Position numbers and translations under genes: made by a program
The notes under the pieces: model-generated
The model's input: only the letters and a program-made list of their open reading frames with translations
Told to the model about the DNA's origin: nothing
Databases searched by the model: none
Shown here: piece after piece, positions 11,536 to 23,645 of the stretch
How the letters are laid out: every line of letters begins with the position of its first letter
Position numbering within the stretch: the stretch's first letter is position 1
DNA from: Vicugna vicugna
Lineage: Eukaryota
Reading direction: 5' to 3'
Assembly: GCA_013265495.1 (NCBI GenBank)
Contig: MU057801.1
Coordinates: 62,001 to 126,000, forward strand
DNA length: 64,000 bases

Positions 11536-14500
11536 TGGCTGTTCCATTCACATCTCTTTCTTGTCATAATGGGAAATCACAGTTGCAAATGTGGTGCCAT
11601 CTAAACCAATGGCCTGGGTGAGTCCGTTGAGGATGTGTGGCACTGTTTGTGGCCCGGGGGACTGGATGACCTGGCAGGTTTCAGCACCCACCTGCCAGCG
11701 CCTGTTTCTCTAACGTGGGATGTGGCTCCGGGTGCAGGGCTGGTGCCGGGGGTGCCCCCCCACCCCATCCCCTGGCTCCCTGCAGACCTCACCCGGGCCT
11801 CCTCTGCTTCCTGTAACTCCTGCCAGTGGCCCGACAGCACACACTGCTCAGCTCGGCAGGCCTCTGCAACCATTTTTAACCTGTACCTGGGTGGGCCGAC
11901 CTGCAGGGCTCTAGCAGGAAGTGTGGGGTGAAAGTTTTCTCAGTAGACGGGCCCCGACCTGTGCTGCCTCCTTGATGTGCCCCATGTTTGTCCTCACCGC
12001 CTGGTCTGCCTTGGCCTCTGGCTCGCCACCACGCGGTCTCCAGGGGAGCTGTGGGCCAGTGCCGCCCCCGTGCCTGTGAAGGAAGTGAAGCAGAGGCGGG
12101 GTGGAGGGGGTCCCTTGTGTGGCAGCAAAGACGGCTTGCTCTGTCCGCTTCCTGGAGCTCATCCGTCTCAGCCTCCCAGCCGCTCTCTGAAGTGGGACCG
12201 ACTGCCTGCCCTTTACAGATGAGGAAATGGAAACTCAGGGAGGTTCCGCCACCGCCCACCCCAAGTCACAAAACCAGCTCCACGACCTAGCCAGGCCTGT
12301 CTGCTGGCCCCAGTGCATTTCCTCTGCCCACGGCCGCCCAGCGACTCAGAGTCGGCTGTGTCCTGAGGCTTGCAGGTCTCTGGTCTCCTTCCAGCCTGCC
12401 CTGGCGGCGCCAGTTCCACCCCCAGCCCCGGCTGACCTGCTGGGCTGTCTTCTCTCACCTCCGGACCCCATCCTCCTGCCCCTCCCCGCTTCCAGGGTGA
12501 TGCAGTCGGCAGGTGTTCCCCTGTCCGGTCATCCTCTGGATTAACCACGTGTTATTACAGAGAGCACGTACCTTTCCTTCACTGAGGAGACGAAAACCCT
12601 AAAAGCCAGTTTGTCAGTACCAGCCAGTTCAACCTCTGATTCCATACACAGAGGGACGGAAACTCAGAGAGAACCTGCCTGGCCCAGGGTCACACCAGTG
12701 GAACGGGCCAAGTCCAGCCGCCCTGCCTTGGAGGAGGGTGCCTGCTGTCGCACTTGCTGGGGCGGGAGCTCGGGGTGTGTTGTCTGCCTGCTCCTCACGA
12801 GGCGCCTGAGTTCCCCTTAGCGACATGGAGCAGGCATTGTCTAGGGAGATGCAAACTGAAATGAAGAAACACTCCTGTTTTGTTTTGTTTTTGACACACA
12901 AACCCACGTCATCATTCTCTTTCCACAGGGAGCCCCTCCCCACAGTTTGCAGGAATGTTTCACAGTTGTTGACACGGCCCTTTCACGGCTAAGCCTCCGT
13001 GCCCCCGAGTCCACCCCACAAGCACTTCTGATAATTAAGGAGGTGTCTGCACACATCCAGCCACACCTGAACTGGTGGGGGAGCATCTCCATCCAGGATG
13101 GGATGCAGGTGACGAGGCCTCAGATCTGTGCGCGTGGCACAGGGTCCTGTCCTGGGGCGCCGTGTGGTGTCTGGACTCGAGCGAGCAAGCTGATGCCTTT
13201 TCTTTCTAGGAACTCACAGGGGACAAGCCTAAAAATCTGGTGAAGGTGCTTTGTTGGCGGCGGAGTTAGATGCCGGCACGTTCCCATCACCTCCCGGCCA
13301 CGTGGGACTCTTGCCCGACGGTCTTCTTTCTTCTCTGGCTCCTCTCGTTCCCTAGAGGATGCCTGTTCTCTCGTGCACGGGGTCCTATGGCTGCATTCTA
13401 CTTCTCATACTTTCCAGACAAGGACTTTTTCTAAAAGGACTTTATTATGATTTTTTTTTTGGCACCACTGCCTTGAACATGAGTTGTCTCTTGTTCCTTC
13501 GGTTCCACCGTCGGGAGGTGCATCTGTAAGCTGACCTGGAGCTGGGAGTGACGGGCGCAGCCCCACGGGGCGTGCCGACTTACGGACCAAGAAGGCTGCT
13601 GCTGAAATGACCATTTGACCCCTAAAGGCAGAGCCTCCTCTTTCTCTGCTGTAAGTGTTCATATCTGTTTTGGAAGATGATCCAGGTGTCTTCGTGGTAA
13701 AGGGGCTTATCGTGTGATGAAGGTGATCTTTTCAAAGATCAAAACCTTTGAGAGCCTCCCAAATCGAAAGTCAGGGGGAGGCTGTGGCCCCCACCTGGAG
13801 AGCAGGGACCAGCGACAGAGTGCACGGCTCTGGGCTGGTTCCAGGGAGGGCCCCCCCATCCCTCCTCTGGGCGGGGTCCTGTCAGGGACGGGTGTCAGTT
13901 CTGCACAAAGGTCCCTGTGATGTCAGGGCTTCATGGTGGAAAGGGGACCTGGGGAGAAGCCAGATTGGGAGAGGACCATGCCATGCGTTTGAGAAAGCTC
14001 TCTGGAGGGAGGTGGGGCTTGAGAAAGCTCTTGGCTGGGTGAGGGTGAGAAAGCAGAAAGGACTGGGGGAGGGTGGTCCCGGGCTAGGGAGGCACGTGAC
14101 AGGGGTTATGGGAACTTGGCGTGAGGCTGCCTGGCTGCCCTGGGCTATCTTAATGATAGGTCCAGAAACTCTGCTGCCTGGAAAAGGAGTAAGGGTGTCA
14201 CTCAGCCAGTCGTGTTCAGACCCACCAGGGCTGCCTCTGGAGAGCAGGGGGTGTCCCAGCGGAGGACCTCACACTCACCCCCATCAGCCAGGCAGCTCTG
14301 CCCCTTTCTGCTGAATTTCCACCTAGGATCTCACTTGTTGGAATCTGCCACTCCCATCTCTCTGCCCCTTAAATTCAGGGACCTGAGGCTGCGCCTTTGT
14401 AGATTAAACAGGTGGTCCGAGGCAGCCCCACTTGTACCTGACCTGGTCATCTTAATGGCACCACCCACCACCAGCATCTTCAGACATAACACAGCAAGCA

Positions 14501-16135
14501 ACACTGAAGAATAGAGTCACGTCCTCTGAGTCTCTTGAGAAGAACAAATCTTGTTAGAAGTCGAAAGTTATTTGGACAAAGTAACTTTCCATCCTCAGAG
14601 TGTTTTCAAATAAAAGATGCTGACTTTATAAAGAAGACATTTGATAGTTCTATAAACCACGCAGTGCCATGGCTCATAAGCTATAACTTAATACCACATG
14701 ACTTAGGTAAATGAACACGATTCAGGGTACAAGTAGCTTCAATGGGGATGTCAGAAGGATAAACTCTGTTTCCTGATTGTCAATCATATTTAAATCCTCA
14801 TGTATGTCAAACTCCAAACCCGTAAGAATTTAAGAGAGAATAACTCTAGAAATGATGTCGGGGGAGTATTTTTCCAGTTTGGCTGGTGAGATTGGAAAGA
14901 GTTTGTAATTGCGACCATGTGCTCTTGGGAGCTGCGTGTTAACACTGCCTCATCTCAGACAAAGGATGAAAAAAAAAAGCACTTGCCTCTGAATCTGGGA
15001 CCAACTGTTCTACCAAAACATAAGCTGAAGGATCCAAGCCCCTAAAGATTTAGCTGAAGCCACTAGAATATAAACCTGATAAATAACAGATTTACTTTGG
15101 CTAAAAATTTCCCCATTGCTAATAGTATGTAACTCTTACTTTCAACATTAATCTATCACATTTCCAAAAAGTTACCTTGGTGTCTCAGAGTTATGGCTCC
15201 TGCAGAGGAACAAATGAAAAAACCAGGTAGTCCCATGAACAGGTGCAGGGCTGGTGTGTGGTGGCTTGGAATGACGGGCAGTCAGGGCACACCCTCCTCC
15301 TGGGGGCGGGGGACGGGGGCACCTGCTGTTCCTCCGGCCACCTGTGGGCAGCTGACCTGTGTCCACAGCCCTTCTAACTTTTCAAAAGGTGCCAGAAATT
15401 CATTGGTATGTGTTATGTCTTCATTTTTAAATATTGGCAACTATAATTTTTCTTTTGTTGGTTAGTTTCTGTAACATTATTAGGCAGACGAAAATTAAAT
15501 TAGTGTTTTGCCCTGCAGTCCATGTTCTTCTCTTGCTAAATAGAATGATCGCATGGCTGCGTTGCCAAAGCTCCTCCGAAGGGATGTTCCCTGATTCCCC
15601 TTTTTTTCCTGTCCTCCTTCTGAGGCGTTTCGCACTTGCTTGTTTCAGCTTATTTCCCCCTGACAACATCTCGAGGGTTCTGACGCCCCCACCAGAGCCA
15701 TCTGCCCTTTCTCGTAAAGCCGGGAGGGCGGGCAGCTCCTCCACGTCTTGTGTTCTAGGGATGTGTTACAGCTAAGTGTTGAAGGGTTTCTGAAGGCGAT
15801 CCTTCAGCGCACATGCTGAAGAGTCAGGGAAGCTGATGCAGAATTGCGCACGCGGCTGCAGGGGAGGAACCAGGCTGGCGGTGGGATCAGCGAGGGTGGG
15901 AGGTGCTGGGGTTCCAGGTGCGTGCTGTCCAGCGCCGTTGGCCCTGGCCACGGGACTGAGGAGCGCTTGGTGTGTGGCTGGAGTGAGTTGAGATGGGCTG
16001 TAAGTGTAAAATACACAGGCTTTGGAAACTGTGGAAAAGTGGGAAAATGCCTCATGTTTTATATTGATTCCATGCTGAAGTGATATTTTAGATGCGTTAC
16101 GTAAATAGAGATAAATTTTACCTATTTATTTTTCC

Positions 16136-17115
16136 TTTTTTCCTTTTTTTATTTATTAAAGTATAGTTGATTTACAATATTTTGTTAGTTTCAGGTGTAT
16201 AGCAGCATGATTTAGTTATATATATATTTTCAGATTCTTTTCATTATAGATTATGACAAAATATTAAATATAGTTCCCTGTGCTACACAGTAAATCCCTG
16301 TTGTTTATCTGTTTTAGGTATAATAGTATGATCTGTTAATTCAGTACTCCTAACTTATCCCTCCCCCTTTCCCCTTTGGTAACCATAAGTTTGTTATCTG
16401 TCTGTGTGTCTGTTTCTATTTGGTAAATAAGATCATTTGTATTATTTTTTTAGAGTCCACATATAAGTAATATATAATATTTGCCTTTCTCTGTCTGATT
16501 TACTTCACTTAGTATGATAATCTCTAGGTCCATCCATGTTGCTGCAAATGGCAATATTTCATTTTTTCCCCTCTTTTTTATCTTTTTTATGGCTGAGTAG
16601 TATTCCATATGTATACATGCGCACACGCGCGCGCACACACACACACACACATATATACATACACCACATTTTCTTTATCCAGTAATCTGTTGATGGACAT
16701 TCAGGTATCTTCCATGTCTTGGCTACTGTAAATAGTGCTGCTGTGAACACTGGGGTGCAGGTTTCTTTTCAAAGTAGAGTTTTCGTCTTTTCCAGATACA
16801 TACCCAGGAGTGGGATTGCTGGATCATGTGGTAACTCTATTTTTAATTTTTTAAGGAACCTCCATACTGTCCTCCATAGTGGCTGCCCCAAACTACATTC
16901 CCACCAATAGTGCAGGAGGGCTCCCTTTTCTCCACACCCTCTCCAGCATTTATCATTTATAGCCTTTTTGATGATGGCCATTCTGACCGATGTGAGGTGT
17001 TATCTCATTGTAGTTTTGATCTACATTTCTCTGATAATAAGCGACACTGAGCATTTTTTCATGTGCTTGTTGGCCATCTGTATGTCTTTTTTGTAGAAAG
17101 GTCTATTTAGGTCTT
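16136..17115 (-). mobile_element. L1 3' fragment (ORF2 C-terminus and 3' UTR)
   Basis: ORF 16769..16981 [44 protein letters not shown] is the L1 ORF2 C-terminus. Confidence 0.95.
16606..16664. repeat. 59-bp alternating purine-pyrimidine tract with (CG)n and (CA)n
   Basis: catatgtatacatgcgcacacgcgcgcgcacacacacacacacacatatatacatacac. Confidence 0.9.
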
Positions 17116-17204
17116 CTATTTCTCCTTTTTAACCTGGGTACTAGAAATGTTTAAATTACATCTGTGACTCATTATATTCTACTGGACAGTACTACCCTAG
17201 AACA

Positions 17205-17413
17205 CAGGTCTGCAAACTTTTTCCTGTAAAGGTCCAGATAGTCAATGTTTCCAGTTTCTCAGGCCATAAGGTGTTTGCTGGCAACCACTCACTCTGCCTT
17301 TCTAGTACAAAACCAGCCACAGACGAGATGGAAATGAATGAGTGTGGCTGTGTTCCAATAAAACTTTATTTACAAAAACAGGAGGCAATTGGGGGTGGAC
17401 TTTCCGAGTCCTG
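17205..17413 (+). mobile_element. MER58A
   Basis: caaacttttt.ctgtaaagg.ccagatagt..tggctgtgttccaataaaactttatttacaaaaacagg. Confidence 0.85.
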
Positions 17414-17660
17414 CTTGATGAGAAGATAAAAGATAAAAGAAGGAGGGAGTGAGAGTGTCTCTGAGGGGCTGGCAGCATTCTGTTTCTTGATCTGGATGCT
17501 GGTTAACTGGGTGTGCTTTTTGAGAATTCATCAAGCTCTTTATATATAATTGGCATATTTTTGTACACGTACATTACACATCAATCAAAGAGCTTACCCA
17601 AAGAGGCAGGGAAGTGTGTCTGCTCTTGACAGTCAGTGACAACCCTCTTCCCACTTTGAG

Positions 17661-18039
17661 TGTTAAAAACAAGACAATAGGCCCAAAATGGAATCTCTTG
17701 TGCTAAGCCCCATGTCACCAAGTTAGTTACAGGTTCAGCCCTCCCAGAAATGGAACCTTCAACCAGTCAGTCAGGAATCCCATGATCAGCACAGTGAGGT
17801 CCTGCCTGGTAGACCCCTGTCATCCCCTAAAGGGAAGTGACCTTGCGGTCACCAACCTGCTTTTTTTTGCCTGATACAATGTTCCGGCTCCTGCCGCCTC
17901 TGCCTAAGAAAGTCTCTCACTTTGTACAACTCCTTGGGACTCCCTTCTACCTGCTGGATTGGGCGCTGCCCAATTCAGATTGATGGTTCCTCAGAGAAAC
18001 TCATAAGATTTTTGATATGCCTCATCTGGTCTTTTCACA
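17661..18039 (+). mobile_element. ERV1-class solo LTR
   Basis: TG...CA termini (tgttaaaaac / ttttcaca); aggcccaaaatgga..gctaagcccca motif of laurasiatherian LTRs. Confidence 0.7.
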
Positions 18040-19106
18040 AGAGTGACGCCACTTTTTCAGCTCTCCACCAGTGGTCAGTGGTTTGAGTCATCCCAAACAA
18101 TTTGACTTTTCCCCGGAGTATCTGTAACCCTGTCTTACAGTCCATTCTTTCTGTACAGCGGTCACTACCTTTGGGAGTCTTGTGCAGCGAGAAAAGCCAC
18201 GCTCCTGGCCATTTGGGGGAGATTGAAGGGGACAGAATCCACTATATATTAAAACCTTAAGCTGTATCAAAGCTCCATGGTTTTGCCAATTAAAAAAAAA
18301 GATTCTGGTTCCTTATGAGCTCATCCTGTCTGCAGAATGAATAAACAGTTTTGGTATTCTGTCATTTAAATACAGACAGCACAGTATGAATTTTCCTTCT
18401 GGAGCTCGATGCTGACCAAGCCTCAGGGCACTTGATTGTGTCTGTCTGCCCGCCCACATCTCAGGACAGAGCCCGGAAAACGGGCCGAGGTCTGGGCTCT
18501 GGAGCGCAGTCCATGGCCCTCCCGGGACCGAGGGAGCATCTTTCCACCCCAGCTCTTTGCCCCTGCTCAGCATGGAAGTTGCAGAGAGAAGGCTTCCAGA
18601 AGTGGAAACATTTTTAAATAAGTCCTTTAACTCTTCGCCTGTGGCTCCAGCTGCGTTGACACAAAGCCACGTTTGAGGCATGATGTCTCGGAGGCCTGGC
18701 ACCTCGGAGTGTTTTCTCCTGGGACCCATAATGGTTGCTTTTAAGGGTTCAGTTCTATCAGTGTGGTGCCTGAACCGGACTTTCAGCTGACCTCCAAAAG
18801 GAAATCGTTTTAAAAAGGAAGGATTTTAGGTCTGCCAAGAATCAGATAATGGCCCAGCGCAGAGAAAGCAGGGGTTGTGTGGTTTTTATATTAAAATACA
18901 AGTCTCTTAATGCCTCAAAACAGCAGCCTCCAGAAAATGTGAAATTTAATCGAGGAGGCTAGAAAAAGCAGTTTTTTCAAAGGTCGAAATTCTCCCTCTT
19001 TGTTCCTTGTGGCTCATCGGAGAGGAACAAGTCCCTTTTCCCTGAATCTCCTCCTGCCTCTATTTTGGGTTTTATACAAGTGACTCTTCTCATTCAAGTA
19101 ACTTTC

Positions 19107-19286
19107 TTCTTTTTTTATACATGTGTTTTTATTGAAGCATAGCCAGCCTGCAATGCTGTGTCCATTTCTGGTGCACAGCACAGTGCTTCAGCCACATAGG
19201 AGCACACATGTATTCGTTTTCGTATTCTTTTTAACTACAAGACACTGACTGTAGTTCCCCGTGTGACACGGCATGAACTTGTTTTA
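19107..19286 (-). mobile_element. Short L1 3' end
   Basis: attgaagcatag..tttctggtgcacagca; TSD aagtaac(t/g)ttc at 19096-19106 and 19287-19297. Confidence 0.75.
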
Positions 19287-21859
19287 AAGTAACGTTCACA
19301 GTTGTCTGAGAGCGGCCACGCTGTGCCTGGGACCTGCCGGGGGAGCCTTCGGGCTGGCCCTGTGGAGACGTGCCTGAGGACAAGGGCCTTTGATGTTTGC
19401 TTAATCGGACATCACTGATTACTTTCCCGATAAACTAACATTAAGAGGACCCCGCCCCCATTTCTTTTCTTGAGCGGGTCTTGTGGTGTCTCACCCCGCC
19501 TTCCACCCCAACTTTTGCCCAAAACAGACTCCATTCGAGGCAGGCCCCTAGGACGAGGGGCTGTCCGCTGTCCCAGCACAGTGGGTCTGGTGCAGGGCAG
19601 ACTCGTTTCTCCTAAGAGTGACCACGTGTAAGGAGAGAGGCTGTGAGCAGTGTGGACGCTGGCTGGGTTCCAGGCCGGGGACTGGCACACTGGTAAAGCA
19701 GTTGACGCGTCACGTGACCTGCGGTTGTCATAGGCCATTTGGCCACCGCGGGCATCTTCTCTGCTGTTTGTAGCTGCCGCAGTAACAGCACAGGCTCCTG
19801 AGAGGCTGGGGACCCCGAGTTCAGGGAAGATGCCACCTGTGTTGTATTGCCCACTGCTTCTCTCGGAGTTTTTCCCCCGCTGTAAGACCAGGTTCTAAGG
19901 GAGTACGTGTTGGGGTCAGAAATGGCCCTAGTGACCCTGTCCTCTGACACTGATCTCCAGGCCTGCTGAGAACCAGGACAGTGAGGCAAGGGGGCAGAGA
20001 GGAAGCCTTGAGGCAGATGAAGTGAGGGTGAGGGAGAGGGCCAGGTGCTATGGAGGTGACACTGGGCCGGGAGGATCCAGTCCAAGGGAGAGGAGGAGCT
20101 GCTCCTGCAGGGTCAGGAGCCCCCGACACAGGTGAAGCTTAGAGCCAGGGATTGTTGAAGGGGATCGGGAAAAGTTTCCAGCCCCAGGGAGGCCTCCCCA
20201 GGTTCCAGAGATCCAGGGGAACAGAGAGCCCTGGGCTCCCAAGAGCTCCAGGTGGGGTGACCACCTGGGAGGGTGTATCAGTCAGCGGCTGTCTCAGCGT
20301 GCTGCTTAACAAGGCACCCCCAAGCTCAGAGGCGTACAGCCACGAGTGCTTCCTACTCGCTCTCCCATCTGCAGGTGGGCAGGAGTTCAGCGGATGGGGC
20401 CTGGGTCCCACCGGACGTGGCTCCCAGCTGGGCTGGTTCAGGTGCTCAGGTGCCTCTCAGCCTCCAGGGTTCTCTGGGATGTGCCCCTCTCGTGGCCGCT
20501 CCAGAGGCACCGGAACACAGCCCCACTGCATAAGCACTGTGAAGGCCAGTGCTCGCATCACTGATTCTGTTCCCCGAAGCAGGTCCCCCAGCCAAGCCCG
20601 ACGTCAGGAGGGCGGGGGATATACTCCGCCTCTGCTGAGGGGCACTGCAGGGTCACGTGGCAGGGGGCGTGTGGATGGAGAGAGGCGGCAAGGCTTGGGT
20701 TGCAGCCCCCAGTTGATTTCTGCCAGCGTCTCCAGGGACGATCGCTGCGCAGGTGGACTCCCACTCACCGACCTCCCCCAGCTGTCACGCCCGCCAGGGT
20801 GCCGACTGACGGGTTTGCAACGAGAGCCCTTACTCGGTGGACTAGGTCATTCTTACCATCCGTCGGTGTGTTCTTTTCTCGTAGGAAAGCCGCTTAGAGC
20901 ACCAGATCGTAACTCAAGTGTTGCTTCTGAGCAAGGAGCCAGAGCAAGGGGCGTGGCTGGATGATTTAAATGGCTTGAACTTTCTAGGTCTGGTCGCTGG
21001 GGGCCCCCACCTCCTCTACGGGAAAATGCCCACCGGGGGGCACCGGGCAGGCCGCCCCCGTTAGGTGGGGCAGTATCCGCTTACTCCTTGTGCTACACTC
21101 TCCTAAACTCTTGTCGAATCTCTCTTCATCTCCGTTCTTTCCTTAGGTACAACTTGACTATTGCTTTAGAGGTAAAAATGAGATTATTCTTCTCTGATGA
21201 CAGGTAATCATCATATGCAGAACGAAGGCATTTGCAAGAGTCCCCAGCCCCTCAGTTACTGACCACGACCTGGGGCGAGGTGCTCGGTAGACTCACCCGT
21301 GTCTCTGAAGTCCGCAGGCATCAGAGTGGACGGCGTCTCATGGTCCCTGCTGGCCGCGCGGCCGCATGGTGGCCGTCCTGGCCTGTGTGTGTACAAGCTT
21401 GCTTCTTATTCTTGGGACATTCATGGCCTTAACATGTCGGTCAGCCAAGCACGTCAGGACCGTTTGAGGAAGGAGGAGGAATCGAGGTTGTCATCTGAAA
21501 CCTTCCCTTGACCCCTTCTGTGAGATCAGACTCCTTCATGAAGTCCGACTCTTAGCTGTTCACAGCCCCTGATCTGTTGCTTAGAAACATTAAAAAGTCA
21601 CTGAAGTTCATGTTTTGGGGGCATCAGGCTAATGTCTCCTGTCATCATTTTTCTTCTAAGTGCTCAAAAGTCACCATCTTAATATTTCTTCTTGACCATA
21701 TTCAGGAAATAAAATCTCCCCTTGAAATAACATTTACCCAGCCCTAATCCGCTACCTCCTCCCCTATTCTCCATAAGTTTTCCTAAAAAAGGTCAGTGTC
21801 AACGATTCCATGACCTCATCTGTTTTCCTACTGTCCGGGGTAAACGTTTGGGTCTGCTT

Positions 21860-22200
21860 TTCATAATGAGACCCTGGCAGGGCCGGGGTGGGAAGTGCCC
21901 AGGCCCCGGGGACCAGAGCCAAGTCGGGGTTGGCGGGAGGCACACAGGACGTGCTGAGGGAAGGCGGGGCCGCAGCCGGCCCTGGAGGGCGGGCGCCCGG
22001 GTTCCAGAGCGGAGCTGGGTCGGGGGGAGGCCGCTGAGCTGAGGGCCCGGGGCGCGGGCGGTGGACTCTGGAGGTGGCGGGCGCTGTGAGGCTGTCCCGG
22101 GAAGAGAAGGGAAGCCGCCTCCGCGCCAGGTGTTGGGGGCTGGAGCCAAGGAGGAAGTTTGAGACGGAGGATGAAACGGGCCCCTCGGTGACGTGAGGGG
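21860..22200. promoter_or_regulatory. CpG-rich island-like segment
   Basis: Dense CpG, GC boxes (GGGCGG) and G-runs. Lies directly upstream, on the minus strand, of the decayed coding-like block. Confidence 0.45.
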
Positions 22201-22427
22201 ATGAAGGTGATTGTGGGAAACTCTCACAAGGCAGGAAGGGTCGGCTGGACGGGCCGCCCAGTGGTGTTCGCTGCTGTGCTCCATCCCAAGATTGGCCAGA
22301 AGGTCAAGTAGGGTAGTGAGTGAGAAATGCAGACCTGCCACTTGTCTTCCTCGCCCGCTTTGCAGCACCGGCTCCACTGAACAATGTCTTGTGCCTTGGT
22401 CCCTCTATTCTGCGACAACAGCCGCCG

Positions 22428-22803
22428 TGTCGGACTAGCCTGCCAGGGCTGCCGTGGAGAGACTGGGAGGTTTAAACAGTGTGAGTGAATTTTCTCGCAG
22501 TTCTGGAGGCTCGAAGTCCGAGATAAAGGTGCTGGCGGATTGGATGCTCCCGAGGCCTCTCTCCTTGTTTGCAGAGCTGCCCTCTGGCTGCCGCTGCCCG
22601 TGCTCTTGCCTCTGTGTGTCCACATCCCCATGTCCCTCCCTGTGTACCCTAATCTCCTCTCACAAGGACACCGGTCATGCTGCCTTGAGACCCACCCGAG
22701 CAGCCTCGTTTTGGCTCAGTTACCCCTTTAAAGCTCCCATTTCCAGACACAGTCACACTGTGAGGTACGGGGGGGGGGAGCGTGCAAAATTCAGCCTGTA
22801 ACA
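22428..22803 (-). mobile_element. MaLR LTR (MLT1B/C-type)
   Basis: cagttctggaggctcgaagtccgagat..aaggacacc..cagtcacactgtgaggtac..aattcagcctgtaaca. Confidence 0.8.
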
Positions 22804-23249
22804 CATGGTCTTGCTGCCGACACCCTCACTTCTGTCTCCAGCACGGATCGCCCAGCAAGGGCCAGGTGAGTTGATGTCTGGCCTCCTGAGCTTTCCACGT
22901 GGATGTCCCCAGATTCAGCTCGTTGTCTTCTCCCTAAAGCCTTCCCTTCCTCAACAGTCTGGAGGTTTACATAAGATGATCACTGCCTCGTGTGAGTCTT
23001 CTCCATTTGTCGAATCAGTTCAAATAGGAAAATCCGGAAGAGCGGGGCGTACGTGCCAGGAGGGGCAGAATAACTACGAAGCGGTGCTGAGCACATGGCC
23101 TCTGAGCCATCCGTTGTCTCTACCACTGTCTCCCCGCCAACACTGAGAACGTGATTTCACGTCTTCACCCCCCATCTCTGTGTCTGTGAGCTTCGCCTTG
23201 GTTAGGATGCCAGGCTCTCGGGGATGCTGTGAGAAATCCGTGAGACCTT

Positions 23250-23642
23250 GTATGTGGTCCAGCCTTGTTCTCATTTCACTTCCTGCCAGTCTGACTTCTG
23301 GCCCCAAGTCCTACATCTCTCTGCCAGAAAGGTACTGGGAATAATGCCCCACGGGAGCAGCCCGCAGCCAACACTGATGGGAGTTGGTGTAGCAATACCC
23401 CGGCGCCCTCACCCTTCCAGATGGGGTCCCTCTGAGGCCTGTGTCCGACACTGGTTGCCAGTTTCCTTGTGGGACTAAACTCCAGTCACCCACAGGAGTA
23501 ACTGGCTTGAAAACCCTCCTCCCCTTCTCTGACTCGTTCCCCGTTCACCTGCCAGCATTTCCCGGAACTCTCTTCCCTAGAAATTACTTGCCCAGGAACC
23601 CTTGCCTTGGAATTTGCTTCTGGGGGAACCCAAACTATGACA
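23250..23642 (+). mobile_element. ERVL LTR (LTR16-type)
   Basis: 3' end tgcttctgggggaacccaaactatgaca. Confidence 0.6.
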
Positions 23643-23645
23643 TGT

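Larger units (their letters stand above)
15920..17192. mobile_element. MER33 DNA transposon (15920-16135 and 17120-17192) split by an L1
   Basis: gctgtcca...ctgtaagtgtaaaatacac...tttaaattacat..tggacagtact. Confidence 0.75.
13400..22200 (-). pseudogene. Candidate second decayed multi-exon gene with RRM/NID-, macro- and WWE-like fragments (PARP14/NMI/RBM43-like, tentative)
   Basis: Exon-like units with splice signals at 15357-15468, 15176-15199, 14987-15075, ~14707-14819, 14335-14533 and 13584-13664; coding-like block at ~20700-21850; CpG-rich segment upstream. Family assignment is weak. Confidence 0.35.

Noticed and set aside
14335..14533. TCR-like transmembrane helix with a central lysine (LYSSVLLAVLCLKMLVVGGAI)
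   Set aside because: A single hydrophobic stretch after a stop codon, with no convincing Ig domain upstream; it may be chance or the wrong frame.
20152..20964. Longest ORF (270 aa); also 2481..3128, 51181..51813, 58358..58939 and 58945..59538
   Set aside because: Low-complexity G/P/S/R/L composition with no recognisable domain or splice context; expected in GC-rich non-coding DNA.
21147..21203. Plus-strand 57-nt exon (ctttccttag|...gacag|gtaatc)
   Set aside because: Good-looking splice sites but no recognisable product. The pyrimidine tract is explained as the antisense of the purine-rich coding-like minus-strand block.
21540..21780. PNMA/Gypsy gag-like reading
   Set aside because: Only a vague pattern match. 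The RRM/NID reading explains more motifs, although a transposon origin is not excluded.
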